Notes under the pieces: generated by a model
The model's database searches: none
What the model was told of the DNA's origin: nothing
The model's input: the letters and a program-made list of their open reading frames with translations, nothing else
Assembly (NCBI GenBank): GCA_020061305.1
Contig: JAGUYM010000014.1
Coordinates: 183,920 to 235,213, forward strand
Direction of reading: 5' to 3'
Length of the DNA: 51,294 nucleotides
DNA from: Candidatus Woesebacteria bacterium
Lineage (GTDB): Bacteria > Patescibacteriota > Microgenomatia > UBA8517
Shown: in pieces, positions 36,577 through 46,424 of the stretch
Layout: each line of letters opens with the position of its first letter
Numbering within the stretch: position 1 is the stretch's first letter
Program-made: the position numbers and the translations under genes

Positions 36577-37136
36577 CTCGGGATGAGGCGCTTCAATTAG
36601 TAAATTCTTGGACTACAAATAAAAATCTGGTGCGTCACATGTTGGCGGTCGAGGCGGCAATGCTTGGTCTTTCCAGAAAGTTAAGAAATGAGGATAGGAG
36701 TGACGAACCATGGGGAATGGTTGGGTTATTACACGATGCTGATTATGAAAAGTATCCTAATGAACACCCAAGAAAAATAATAGAGGAATTAAAAAAGAGA
36801 AATGAGGATGTGAAGATAATTAATGCGATTAAAGCACATGCCTATGGATTTAATGGGATGAATGTCATGCCCAAAACTCCATTGGAATGGGCAATATATA
36901 CATCTGATGAATTAACGGGTTTTATAGTTGCGGTAACACTTATTAGACCTTCCAAAAAAATTGCTGATGTGACTGTTGAAAATGTACTTTCAAAATGGGA
37001 CAAAAAAGATTTTGCAAAAGGGGTAAACAGGAATCAAATAGAACTTTGTGAAGAAAAGTTGGGAATTAAATTACCTGATTTTATCCAGATTGTTCTTGAT
37101 TCAATGAAAAACATTTCTTCAGAACTTGGGTTATAA
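36573..37136 (+). CDS. HD-domain phosphohydrolase
   Basis: RHMLAVEAAM, GLLHDADYE, AIKAH, SDELTGFI. Confidence 0.88.
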   Translation: MTRDEALQLVNSWTTNKNLVRHMLAVEAAMLGLSRKLRNEDRSDEPWGMVGLLHDADYEKYPNEHPRKIIEELKKRNEDVKIINAIKAHAYGFNGMNVMPKTPLEWAIYTSDELTGFIVAVTLIRPSKKIADVTVENVLSKWDKKDFAKGVNRNQIELCEEKLGIKLPDFIQIVLDSMKNISSELGL

Positions 37137-37190
37137 GCAAAGCTTGATAAATTATGAGCAAAGATCACAAACTTGGTTTATAATATATCT

Positions 37191-38426
37191 ATGTTAGATA
37201 TTAAATTCATTAGAGAAAACGTAGATTTTGTAAAACTTTCAACCAAGAATAAAAGTTTTGATGAAAGTGTTGTTGATAAACTGCTTACTGTTGATGAAAC
37301 AAGAAGAAAATTAATTCAAGAAACAGAAGAAATAAGAGCTAAACGCAACAAATTAGGTAAAGAAGACATCGAAGAAGGTAAAAAGTTAAAAATTGATTTA
37401 AAAGAAAAAGAAGAAAAACTTGAAGAAGTAGAGAAAGAATTTATTGAACTTCTTCATCAAGTTCCAAATCCACCATCAAATAATGCTCCAATTGGTAAAG
37501 ATGACAAAGAAAATGTAGAAATAAAAAAAGTTGGGGAGATTAGAAAGTTTGATTTTACTCCAAAAGATCATTTAGAACTTGGTACAAATTTAGGAATTTT
37601 AGATTTTGAAAGTGGGGCCAAAGTTTCTGGTTCTCAATTTTATTATTTATATGGTGATGGAGCACTACTTGAACTTTCATTAACCATGTATGCATTAGAT
37701 AAACTTTCCAAAAAAGGATATTTGCCTGTTATTACTCCTGACTTGGCTAAATCTAGATATTATTTAGGTACAGGTTATGCACCTAGAGGAAATGAAGCAC
37801 AGACATACGAAATTAAAGATGAAGATTTAGGTCTTATTGCAACTGCTGAAGTGACTTTGGCAGGCAAGCATGCAGATGAAACAATTCCTGAAGATAAATT
37901 GCCTATTAAATATGTGGGTTACTCACATTGTTTTAGACAAGAAGCAGGAGCATATGGAAAATATTCAAAGGGACTATATAGGGTTCATCAATTTACAAAA
38001 GTTGAAATGTTTATTTACTGTAAACCAGAGGAATCGGAAAGGATGCATCAAGAACTTTTATCAATTGAAGAAGAAATTTATCAAGAATTGGGGATACCAT
38101 ATAGAGTTTTAGATATGTGTACAGGTGATTTAGGTGCTATGGCAGTTAGAAAATATGATGTTGAAGCCTGGATGCCTGGTAGAAATGATTACGGAGAAAT
38201 AACATCAACATCAAATGTTACCGATTATCAAGCAAGAAATCTAAATGTTAAATACAAGAAAAAAGATGGAACAAACGAATTTGTTCACATGTTAAATGGA
38301 ACTGCAATTGTTATGTCTAGGGTTCCAATAGCCATTCTTGAAAACTATCAAAATGAAGATGGAAGTGTAGATGTTCCAGAGGTTCTTCAAAAGTGGATGG
38401 GAAAGACAAAAATAGAAGCTAAATGA
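37191..38426 (+). CDS. serS: Seryl-tRNA synthetase (start re-called to 37191)
   Basis: MLDIKFIREN, TAEV, FRQEAG, GLYRVHQF, HMLNGT. Confidence 0.96.
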   Translation: MLDIKFIRENVDFVKLSTKNKSFDESVVDKLLTVDETRRKLIQETEEIRAKRNKLGKEDIEEGKKLKIDLKEKEEKLEEVEKEFIELLHQVPNPPSNNAPIGKDDKENVEIKKVGEIRKFDFTPKDHLELGTNLGILDFESGAKVSGSQFYYLYGDGALLELSLTMYALDKLSKKGYLPVITPDLAKSRYYLGTGYAPRGNEAQTYEIKDEDLGLIATAEVTLAGKHADETIPEDKLPIKYVGYSHCFRQEAGAYGKYSKGLYRVHQFTKVEMFIYCKPEESERMHQELLSIEEEIYQELGIPYRVLDMCTGDLGAMAVRKYDVEAWMPGRNDYGEITSTSNVTDYQARNLNVKYKKKDGTNEFVHMLNGTAIVMSRVPIAILENYQNEDGSVDVPEVLQKWMGKTKIEAK

Positions 38427-40219
38427 AAATAATAAAGTCCGAATTTTTAAGACTTTTTTCAATTACAAAATGGGTTGTATTAGTCTATTTTAAAAATCAT
38501 CCTTTTCATATGGCCGTAACCCTGATTACGCATATGATTAATTCACTGTCAAATTTGACTAATGCCTATATTATTGCCCTAGCAACGGATAGAGCAATTT
38601 ATATTTTGGGACAAAAAAATTATGGAATTTATGATTTTTTACCAATTGTAATATTGATTATTGGTTCATATCTCTTCTTTCAATTTTCGGAGATCATAAA
38701 TACTTATGCTTGGAGGATTATTTCCTATAAAGACTATTTTGTATTAAGAAAAATATTAATTAATAGGCTATCTAAACTTGGCATTCAAAATTTGGAAAAT
38801 CCAGAGGTTGCAAATAAAACTCAAAGATTCAATGAAGAGCAAAATAACATTTTAGGTTATATGCAAAGTTTATTAAAGATTGCCTCTGGTTTTATGAGTT
38901 TTATAGTTTCGGGATTAGTTATTGTAAGAACAATGCCTCTTGTTGCCGGCGCATTTTTTGTTGTGATGGTGGTTAAATTTATGGCAAACCAAAAATACAT
39001 AAGATTGTTGTGGGTTTTAAATAGGAATTTAACGGAGGAGAGAAGAAAAAATATTGGAGCGATGAATTATCTGGCCGAACCCGCCCCTCTAAAAGAGTTG
39101 ATTTTGTCTCAGGGAACGAAATTTTTAGAGAATAAGATTGACAAATATGTAAACTTTGTTGTTGATCAAGTTGTGTCAATTAGAAAAAGATGGAATTTAT
39201 CAAAGATAATTGGATCGATCTTGGATTCAGGTGTTTTTGGTTGGGGAATTATTGTTGTTTTACAAAGATTAGTTAACGGAGTTATTAGTATTGGGCAATT
39301 AACTTTTGAAATAAGGGCGTTAAGAATCTTCTCTGATTCATTTGGTAATTTTATGGGAAATTTAGTGGCACTTCGAGAGTCTTCGATTAAAATAGGTGAC
39401 ATATTAGATCTTTTTACCAAATATGAAGCGGATAAAGATGGAAACAAAATACTTAAGCAAGAATTGCCACTCATTAAATTTAATAATGTTAGTTTTAAAT
39501 ATCCAAATTCTGATAAATACATCTTTAAAGATCTTAATTTGGAAATTAAACCGGGAGAAAAAATTGCAATAGTTGGGGAAAATGGCGCAGGAAAAACGAC
39601 TTTAATTAAACTTCTCTGTCGTTTTTATAGAGTTAACAGAGGTACAATTTTATTGTCAGAAGTAAATGTCAACGATTTAAAAATAAAAAACTGGTATAAA
39701 AAGCTTGGTGTTTTGTTTCAGGATTATAATGCCTATGGAGTATTAACTGTTAGAGAGAACATTGAAATTGACAGCACGGATAAAATAGTAACAGAGGAAA
39801 GTTTGATAAAAGCGCTAAAAGAAGCAAACGCGATTTCTTTTGTGCAAAAATACAAAAATAAACTTAATCAAATACTTTCAGAAAGATTTAGCGGCGGAAC
39901 TAGGCCGTCAACAGGTCAATGGCAGAAGATTGCAATTGCTAGAGTATTTCATAGAAATGCACCGATTCTTATTTTAGATGAACCAACGGCTTCAATTGAT
40001 GCAGTAGCAGAAAGTAAAATATTTGACAATATTTATGAATTTTCAAAAGGGAAAACTGTAATCATTATTTCACATAGATTTTCAACCGTTAGAAATGCTG
40101 ATAGGATAATAGTTTTAGACAAAGGTAAAATTATAGAACAAGGAAGTCACGAGGAATTACTAAAATTAGATGGTAAATATGCAAAAGCCTTTAAACTACA
40201 AGCCAAGGGGTATCAATAA
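38423..40219 (+). CDS. Fused ABC exporter (TMD + ATPase)
   Basis: GENGAGKTT, PSTGQWQK, LDEPTASID, ISHRFSTV. Confidence 0.9.
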   Translation: MKIIKSEFLRLFSITKWVVLVYFKNHPFHMAVTLITHMINSLSNLTNAYIIALATDRAIYILGQKNYGIYDFLPIVILIIGSYLFFQFSEIINTYAWRIISYKDYFVLRKILINRLSKLGIQNLENPEVANKTQRFNEEQNNILGYMQSLLKIASGFMSFIVSGLVIVRTMPLVAGAFFVVMVVKFMANQKYIRLLWVLNRNLTEERRKNIGAMNYLAEPAPLKELILSQGTKFLENKIDKYVNFVVDQVVSIRKRWNLSKIIGSILDSGVFGWGIIVVLQRLVNGVISIGQLTFEIRALRIFSDSFGNFMGNLVALRESSIKIGDILDLFTKYEADKDGNKILKQELPLIKFNNVSFKYPNSDKYIFKDLNLEIKPGEKIAIVGENGAGKTTLIKLLCRFYRVNRGTILLSEVNVNDLKIKNWYKKLGVLFQDYNAYGVLTVRENIEIDSTDKIVTEESLIKALKEANAISFVQKYKNKLNQILSERFSGGTRPSTGQWQKIAIARVFHRNAPILILDEPTASIDAVAESKIFDNIYEFSKGKTVIIISHRFSTVRNADRIIVLDKGKIIEQGSHEELLKLDGKYAKAFKLQAKGYQ

Positions 40220-40221
40220 AA

Positions 40222-40812
40222 ATGTTTGGGACAAAGATTTTAGCGGAAAGAAGTTCAAAATATAATAAAAATATTAGAGTTGTTAGGTCTTTAGGGCTTG
40301 GTACTTATATACAGGTTAATGGTTTAACACAAAGTGGTGGGGTTGTTGAACAAATATGGAAAAATACATTGAAAAAACTCCAAACTGAAAAAACTCTAAA
40401 AATCAAAAATATCTTGATACTTGGATTGGGGGGGGGAACAGTTGCAAAACTGCTTCGTAAAAAATATCCTGATGCAAAAATAACTGGTGTTGAAATCGAC
40501 CCGATCATGATTGAGCTAGGGAAAAAATATTTAGATTTAGATAAATACAATATTGATATAAAAATTGAAGATGCAAGAAATTATAAGTTTGGTAAACATG
40601 ATTTAGTGATAGTTGATACTTATTTGGGCAATAAGGTTGTAGAAGTGGCAGGGTCGGACACTGCCATAGGCAAAATTGTTATTTTTAATAGGTTATACTA
40701 TGGAGGCAATAGACCAGATGCTATTAAGTTTGGAAAAAAAATAGAAAAAGTCTTTTCAAAAGTAACATGGCATTATCCTGTTGCCAACCTCATGTTCATT
40801 TGTGAGCCTTAA
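40222..40812 (+). CDS. SAM-dependent methyltransferase (spermidine-synthase-like fold)
   Basis: LILGLGGG, GVEIDP, EDA. Confidence 0.75.
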   Translation: MFGTKILAERSSKYNKNIRVVRSLGLGTYIQVNGLTQSGGVVEQIWKNTLKKLQTEKTLKIKNILILGLGGGTVAKLLRKKYPDAKITGVEIDPIMIELGKKYLDLDKYNIDIKIEDARNYKFGKHDLVIVDTYLGNKVVEVAGSDTAIGKIVIFNRLYYGGNRPDAIKFGKKIEKVFSKVTWHYPVANLMFICEP

Positions 40813-40837
40813 ACTGGTAGAATAGTTTGTACAGACT

Positions 40838-43495
40838 ATGTTTAAATTCTTAAATAAAATATTTGATGTTAATCAGAAAGAAATCGATAGGCTTAATAAA
40901 ACAGTTTTAAAGATCAATAGTTTTGAAGACAAATTTAAAAAAATCAAAACAGAAAAATTAAAACTTGAGACTGAAAAACTCAAAAAATTGATATCTAGTG
41001 AAGAATCTTTGTCAACAATTCTCCCTCAAAGCTACGCTTTGGTTCGTGAAACATCCCTAAGAATTTTGGGTCAAAGACATTACGATGTCCAGCTTCTGGC
41101 CGCAACTGCCCTTTTTGAAGGGAAAATCGTTGAACAAAAAACCGGCGAGGGTAAAACATTGTCTGCTGTCCCCGCCCTTTATCTGAGAGCACTAACTGGG
41201 AAAGGTGCTCATTTGGTTACTGTTAATGACTTTTTAGCGCGTATTGGTGCTGGTTGGAATGGGCCAATTTTTGAAGCCTTAGGTTTAAGTGTTGGTGTAA
41301 TAGTTCAGGAAAATAAATCCTATGTTTACGATCCAAAATATACAGATAACACACATGGAGATGAAAGACTTTCGCATTTAAAGCCGGTTACAAGAAAAGA
41401 AGCTTATGCCTGTGACATTACTTATGGTACAAACAATGAATTTGGATTTGATTATCTTCGTGACAATATGGTTCAAGATCTTTCAGAAATGGTTCAAAGA
41501 GAGCACTATTTTGCTATTGTTGATGAAGTTGACTCAATTTTAATTGATGAAGCCAGAACTCCACTTATAATTTCAGCACCTGATACAGAACCAACCCAAA
41601 AATATTATGAATTTGCGAAACTTGTGGACAAATTAAATCCAGATACAGATTTTAAGGTTGACGAAAAAGCAAAATCGACAAGTTTAACTGAAACGGGGAT
41701 TGCCAAAGTTGAAAAAATATTGGGTGTTGATAATTTATATGAAAAAGATTTTGAAAGCATTCACCATATTGAAAATGCACTTCGGGCAAGAAGCCTTTAT
41801 TTGAAAGATAGAGATTATGTAGTCAAAGATGGACAAGTTATTATAGTTGATGAATTTACAGGAAGATTAATGACAGGAAGAAGATGGAGTGATGGACTTC
41901 ATCAGGCGGTGGAAGCAAAAGAAGGAGTTGTAATTCAACAGGAAAGTAAAACCTTAGCTACAATTTCATTTCAAAATTATTTCAGAATGTATGAACATCT
42001 CTCAGGAATGACAGGAACGGCAGTAACTGAAGCTGAAGAATTCAAAAAAATTTATGGTTTGGAAACAATTGCAATTCCAACACATAGAGAAATGGTGAGA
42101 ATTGATATGGGTGATGTGATTTATAAAAATTTAAATGCCAAATATCATGCCATTGCCTCGGATGTTGAGGAAAAATATAAAAAAGGTCAACCTGTGTTGA
42201 TTGGTACTACATCAATTGAAAAAAATGAATTGATAAGCAATCTTTTAAAACGAAAAAAAGTTCCACATAATTTATTAAATGCAAAAAATCACGAAAAAGA
42301 GGCTGAAATTATTGCTGATGCAGGGAAACTTAAGGCGGTCACGGTTGCTACCAATATGGCAGGTCGTGGAGTAGATATTATTTTAGGTGGGGCAAGGCCT
42401 GAAAATACAAAAACTCCAAAACTCCAAAACTCCAAAATAAAAGAGTGGGAAAAGGAACATAAAAAAGTAATTGATTTGGGTGGCCTCCATGTAATTGGAA
42501 CAGAAAGACATGAAAGTAGAAGAATAGATAACCAGCTTCGAGGAAGAGCTGGAAGACAAGGAGATCCTGGCTCATCTAGATTTTATCTGTCTCTTGAAGA
42601 TGATTTAATGAGAATTTTTGGTGGTGATCAAATAAAATCTTTGATGGATAGACTTTCAATTCCTGACGATCAACCAATCGAAAATCCACTTGTTAGCCGC
42701 GCCATTGAGCAGTCACAAGTTAAAGTTGAGGGTTTTCATTTTGATACTAGAAAAAGGCTTGTTGAATTTGATGATGTTGCCAATCAACAAAGAGAAATAA
42801 TCTATAAACTTCGAAGAAAAGTTTTGGAAAATGATAATTTAAAAGATGAGATTATTGAAAAATTAGGAATTCATGCCAAAAAAATTTCCATCTTTGAGAT
42901 AGAACCTGATTATGAGGCCATAACTGCAAAATTTTTAGAAGTTATTCCGTTTGATCCAGATTCATCTAAAAATTTCAAAAAAGAGCTTTCTAAATATAAT
43001 TCACAAAAGGAAATTGAGGAGTTTATAGAAAAAGTTTTTGAGGATGTACATTTCTCGAGAGAAAAAGAATTGGGTGAAAAAACCATGAGGCAAATTGAAA
43101 AATATGCTTATCTGGGAGCGATTGACCATCATTGGATTGACCACATTGATGCAGTTGATGATTTAAGGCAGGCAATAGGACTTCGAGCCTATGGTCAGAG
43201 GGATCCACTAGTTGAATTTAAAGGTGAAGCGTATGACATGTTTGAAGGATTACTGGCAAGAATTGATGAAGAGATAGTTAAAAGATTATTTAGAATTGGT
43301 GTTACACAGAGGCCACAAGAAATCCCTCTATCAAAAGCAGTGGAAAATGTTGATAAAAAAGATGGGACAGGACTGACAAGCCAACAGGCAACAGTTAATA
43401 GTCAACAGTCGGTGCATAAATTGGGTCGAAATGATCCCTGTTGGTGTGGGAGTGGCAAAAAATGGAAAAAGTGCCACTGGCCGAATTTGGGGTAA
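40838..43495 (+). CDS. secA: Preprotein translocase SecA
   Basis: KTGEGKT, IVDEVDSILIDEARTPL, NQLRGRAGRQGDPG, SEC-C GRNDPCWCGSG. Confidence 0.98.
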   Translation: MFKFLNKIFDVNQKEIDRLNKTVLKINSFEDKFKKIKTEKLKLETEKLKKLISSEESLSTILPQSYALVRETSLRILGQRHYDVQLLAATALFEGKIVEQKTGEGKTLSAVPALYLRALTGKGAHLVTVNDFLARIGAGWNGPIFEALGLSVGVIVQENKSYVYDPKYTDNTHGDERLSHLKPVTRKEAYACDITYGTNNEFGFDYLRDNMVQDLSEMVQREHYFAIVDEVDSILIDEARTPLIISAPDTEPTQKYYEFAKLVDKLNPDTDFKVDEKAKSTSLTETGIAKVEKILGVDNLYEKDFESIHHIENALRARSLYLKDRDYVVKDGQVIIVDEFTGRLMTGRRWSDGLHQAVEAKEGVVIQQESKTLATISFQNYFRMYEHLSGMTGTAVTEAEEFKKIYGLETIAIPTHREMVRIDMGDVIYKNLNAKYHAIASDVEEKYKKGQPVLIGTTSIEKNELISNLLKRKKVPHNLLNAKNHEKEAEIIADAGKLKAVTVATNMAGRGVDIILGGARPENTKTPKLQNSKIKEWEKEHKKVIDLGGLHVIGTERHESRRIDNQLRGRAGRQGDPGSSRFYLSLEDDLMRIFGGDQIKSLMDRLSIPDDQPIENPLVSRAIEQSQVKVEGFHFDTRKRLVEFDDVANQQREIIYKLRRKVLENDNLKDEIIEKLGIHAKKISIFEIEPDYEAITAKFLEVIPFDPDSSKNFKKELSKYNSQKEIEEFIEKVFEDVHFSREKELGEKTMRQIEKYAYLGAIDHHWIDHIDAVDDLRQAIGLRAYGQRDPLVEFKGEAYDMFEGLLARIDEEIVKRLFRIGVTQRPQEIPLSKAVENVDKKDGTGLTSQQATVNSQQSVHKLGRNDPCWCGSGKKWKKCHWPNLG
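42408..42439 (+). repeat. 8-mer array in secA variable region
   Basis: CAAAAACT CCAAAACT CCAAAACT CCAAAATA. Confidence 0.8.
43380..43407 (+). repeat. 7-mer array in secA C-terminal linker
   Basis: GCCAACA GGCAACA GTTAATA GTCAACA. Confidence 0.7.
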
Positions 43496-43522
43496 CTTGT
43501 GTAAGATTGTAAATATAAAAAT

Positions 43523-44002
43523 ATGCAAGAGGGTAAATTTAATTTCATTTCATTTTTTGGCTACGTGGCCGTTATTGGGGTTGTGACATTTGGACTGGTG
43601 TATTTTTTGAATAATCAAAATAATTTTTTGACAGTTGAAAATAATCAACAAACAACTCAAAATGAAGTGGTGGATACTGAAGGACTAAAAATTGAAGATT
43701 TAGTTATTGGGACAGGTGAGGAAGCAGTAAATGGTAAAACTGTTTCAGTCCATTACACTGGGACTTTGACTGATGGAACCAAATTTGATTCAAGTAAGGA
43801 TAGAAATCAGCCATTTGAATTTACACTTGGTGCAGGTCAAGTTATTCAAGGTTGGGATTTAGGAGTTCTTGGTATGAAAATTGGAGGTAAAAGAAAGTTA
43901 ACAATTCCCTCAAGCTTGGGTTATGGTGAAACGGGTGCTGGTGGTGTAATCCCTCCAAATGCTACATTGATTTTTGAAGTAGAACTTCTTGACCTAAAGT
44001 GA
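43523..44002 (+). CDS. Membrane-anchored FKBP-type PPIase
   Basis: [37 protein letters not shown]. Confidence 0.95.
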   Translation: MQEGKFNFISFFGYVAVIGVVTFGLVYFLNNQNNFLTVENNQQTTQNEVVDTEGLKIEDLVIGTGEEAVNGKTVSVHYTGTLTDGTKFDSSKDRNQPFEFTLGAGQVIQGWDLGVLGMKIGGKRKLTIPSSLGYGETGAGGVIPPNATLIFEVELLDLK

Positions 44003-44014
44003 TAATATTAATTT

Positions 44015-44641
44015 ATGTCTGAAGTTAAAGAACCAAAAAAGAAGGTGCTTGTTGTTGAAGAAGTGGAAGCAGAAGAAAATAGAGTAGAGGATAAGAGTGA
44101 TGAGCAAAGTTTGGTTAATGATGCCGGTGAGTCAAATACGGAAACGGAACAACCATTAATTCAGGAATCTGAGGAGAAACCAAATTATCTTTGGATAATT
44201 GTTCCAACGGCCCTTTTGGTTGGTGCTTTGGCTGGTGGGCTTATTACCTATTTTTCAGCAGTGCCGGGATTTAATGCGTCTCCGACATCAACTCCCATTG
44301 CAACTATTGAACCACTATCCACAGAAACTCCGGTTAGTTCACCATCAGCTGAACTTAAAAAAGAAAGCCTTAAAATACAAATATTGAATGGGAGTGGTGT
44401 TTCCGGAGTTGCAGGGAAAGCAAAGACTTATCTTGAAAATTTGGGTTATAAAAATATTGAAATAGGTAATGCCAATAGTTCCAGTTTCGAAACAACTGAA
44501 ATTTCCATAAAAACAGCTAGCAAAGAATATCTAGATTTGTTACTTGAAGATTTGGGTAAAGATTATGAAGTTTCAACTGACACTAAAATACTTTCTGCCT
44601 CAAGTAAATTTGATGCAATTATCACTCTTGGTAAAAAATGA
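44015..44641 (+). CDS. LytR C-terminal-domain membrane protein
   Basis: IQILNGSGVSGVAG, IGNA, IITLGK. Confidence 0.8.
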   Translation: MSEVKEPKKKVLVVEEVEAEENRVEDKSDEQSLVNDAGESNTETEQPLIQESEEKPNYLWIIVPTALLVGALAGGLITYFSAVPGFNASPTSTPIATIEPLSTETPVSSPSAELKKESLKIQILNGSGVSGVAGKAKTYLENLGYKNIEIGNANSSSFETTEISIKTASKEYLDLLLEDLGKDYEVSTDTKILSASSKFDAIITLGKK

Positions 44642-45723
44642 ATTCTCCTAAATTTTTTCGGTCAATAAATGGCGATATTCCGCTTCCAATATTTTTTCCG
44701 GATGCAACCAGAGCAGTTGTCAGATCATTGGACACCTCAGATATAGAATCAACTAGGACAACTGGGCTTTTGGTTAACACCTTCCACCTCTACAAGGAAT
44801 TGGGAATTGATTTTTTGAAAAAACAAGGAATTAGAAATTTTATAGACTGGAGTGGAGGTTTGATTTCAGATTCTGGCGGTTTTCAGGTTGGGAGTTTAGT
44901 TAAAAGTAATTCTAAATTAGGTAAAGTGACTGATGAGGGTGTAATATTTAAATTAGACAACAATAGAATTTTGTTGACTCCTGAACTTTCAATTCAAATT
45001 CAAATGGAATTGGGAGTTGATATGGCTGTTGTTTTAGATGATTTTGATCATCCCAATGCTACAAAAAAAGAATCTGAAATTTCAGTAAAAAGAACCATTG
45101 ATTGGGCTAAAAGAAGCAAAATTGAGTTTGAAAAAATATGCAAAGACAAAGGACTAGGGGTGATTAATAAGCCTTATCTGTTGGGTGTAATTCAAGGTGG
45201 TAGAGATAGAAAACTTCGCAAACATTGTACAGAAAAATTAATAGAAATTGGATTTGATGGATTGGGTTATGGTGGGGAGGAAAAAGTTAAGGGAAATATT
45301 AACTATGATTTGGCAAAATATTTAGCAAAATTAGTTCCTAAAAATTACTTTTTATACGCACTAGGTGTTGGTAAACCTCATGATATCGTAAATTTGGTTA
45401 AAATTGGCTACAATATTTTCGACTGCGTACTTCCAACAAGAGATGCAAGGCACGGAAGAATGTATGTTTATGATGCTAATTCAATTGATGAAATTGACCT
45501 GACAAAAAAAGATTTTTATTATTTTTTTAATCCTAAAAAGCAACAGAATTTAAAAAATAATGAAAAAATTAGCAAAGCCTGTGATTGTTTAACTTGCACT
45601 AGGTACACAAAAAGTTATTTATGTCATTTATTTAGAATTGGAGATTTTACTGCCGGTCGTCTGGCAACAATTCATAACCTCCGCTTCTATTCAATTTTGA
45701 TGGAGAAATTAAGAGGTTTTTAA
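44638..45723 (+). CDS. tgt: tRNA-guanine transglycosylase family protein with divergent base pocket
   Basis: DSGGFQ, IQGG, FDCVLPTRDARHG, CDCLTC...H. Confidence 0.88.
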   Translation: MNSPKFFRSINGDIPLPIFFPDATRAVVRSLDTSDIESTRTTGLLVNTFHLYKELGIDFLKKQGIRNFIDWSGGLISDSGGFQVGSLVKSNSKLGKVTDEGVIFKLDNNRILLTPELSIQIQMELGVDMAVVLDDFDHPNATKKESEISVKRTIDWAKRSKIEFEKICKDKGLGVINKPYLLGVIQGGRDRKLRKHCTEKLIEIGFDGLGYGGEEKVKGNINYDLAKYLAKLVPKNYFLYALGVGKPHDIVNLVKIGYNIFDCVLPTRDARHGRMYVYDANSIDEIDLTKKDFYYFFNPKKQQNLKNNEKISKACDCLTCTRYTKSYLCHLFRIGDFTAGRLATIHNLRFYSILMEKLRGF

Positions 45724-45773
45724 CTTGGGTCTTGACACTTGGGACTTGTTATATGTATACTCGGCCGACAAAG

Positions 45774-46400
45774 ATGGAAGAGACTACTCAAACACAAGCC
45801 GAAATCGCACAAGCAGGACCAATAGGTTCTAGTACGATTAATTCAGCATCAAAAAGCGGCAGTACAAAATGGCTTATTATATTTATTTTGCTTTTAGCCC
45901 TCGGTGGCGGTGGTGTTTATTATTTTGCAACGAGCGGCAATGAACCAATTGCTACTCCGACCCCATCGTACGGTGTGATTCCAATAACCGACGAAGAAAC
46001 AGTGGCAGAACCAACCCCAACATCAACCCCAGTGGCGGTAAATAAAGAGGATATTACAATTGAAGTTCAAAATGGAACAGGAACACCAGGCGAAGCAGCT
46101 TTTGTACAAGGCAAATTAAAGACCTTGGGATACAGTGAAATAAAAGTTGGCAATGCCAGTTCAACAAGTAATACTGATACAATTGTTACATTTACAAAAT
46201 CAGTTCCTGTAAGTGTTCAGGATGAGATTAAAAAAGAACTTGAAAAAAGTTTCAAAACAGTAACAGTTAAATCAACATCTAGCCAAACATCGGATGTAAT
46301 TATAGTCACAGGCTCAAGACTAGGCACAGCAAGCGCAACCACATCACCTTCAGGTTCGCCAAAAGCAACCTCAACACCAACAGCTTCACCAACGAACTGA
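45774..46400 (+). CDS. Second LytR C-terminal-domain membrane protein (start re-called to 45774)
   Basis: IEVQNGTGTPGEA, VGNA; TTGACA(45732)-18-TATACT upstream. Confidence 0.8.
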   Translation: MEETTQTQAEIAQAGPIGSSTINSASKSGSTKWLIIFILLLALGGGGVYYFATSGNEPIATPTPSYGVIPITDEETVAEPTPTSTPVAVNKEDITIEVQNGTGTPGEAAFVQGKLKTLGYSEIKVGNASSTSNTDTIVTFTKSVPVSVQDEIKKELEKSFKTVTVKSTSSQTSDVIIVTGSRLGTASATTSPSGSPKATSTPTASPTN

Positions 46401-46424
46401 CAGATAGTATATAATCTAATTTAG

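Noticed and set aside
40373-40410. A-rich quasi-repeat in the methyltransferase gene
   Set aside because: Irregular 7-9 nt period, explainable by Lys-rich codons
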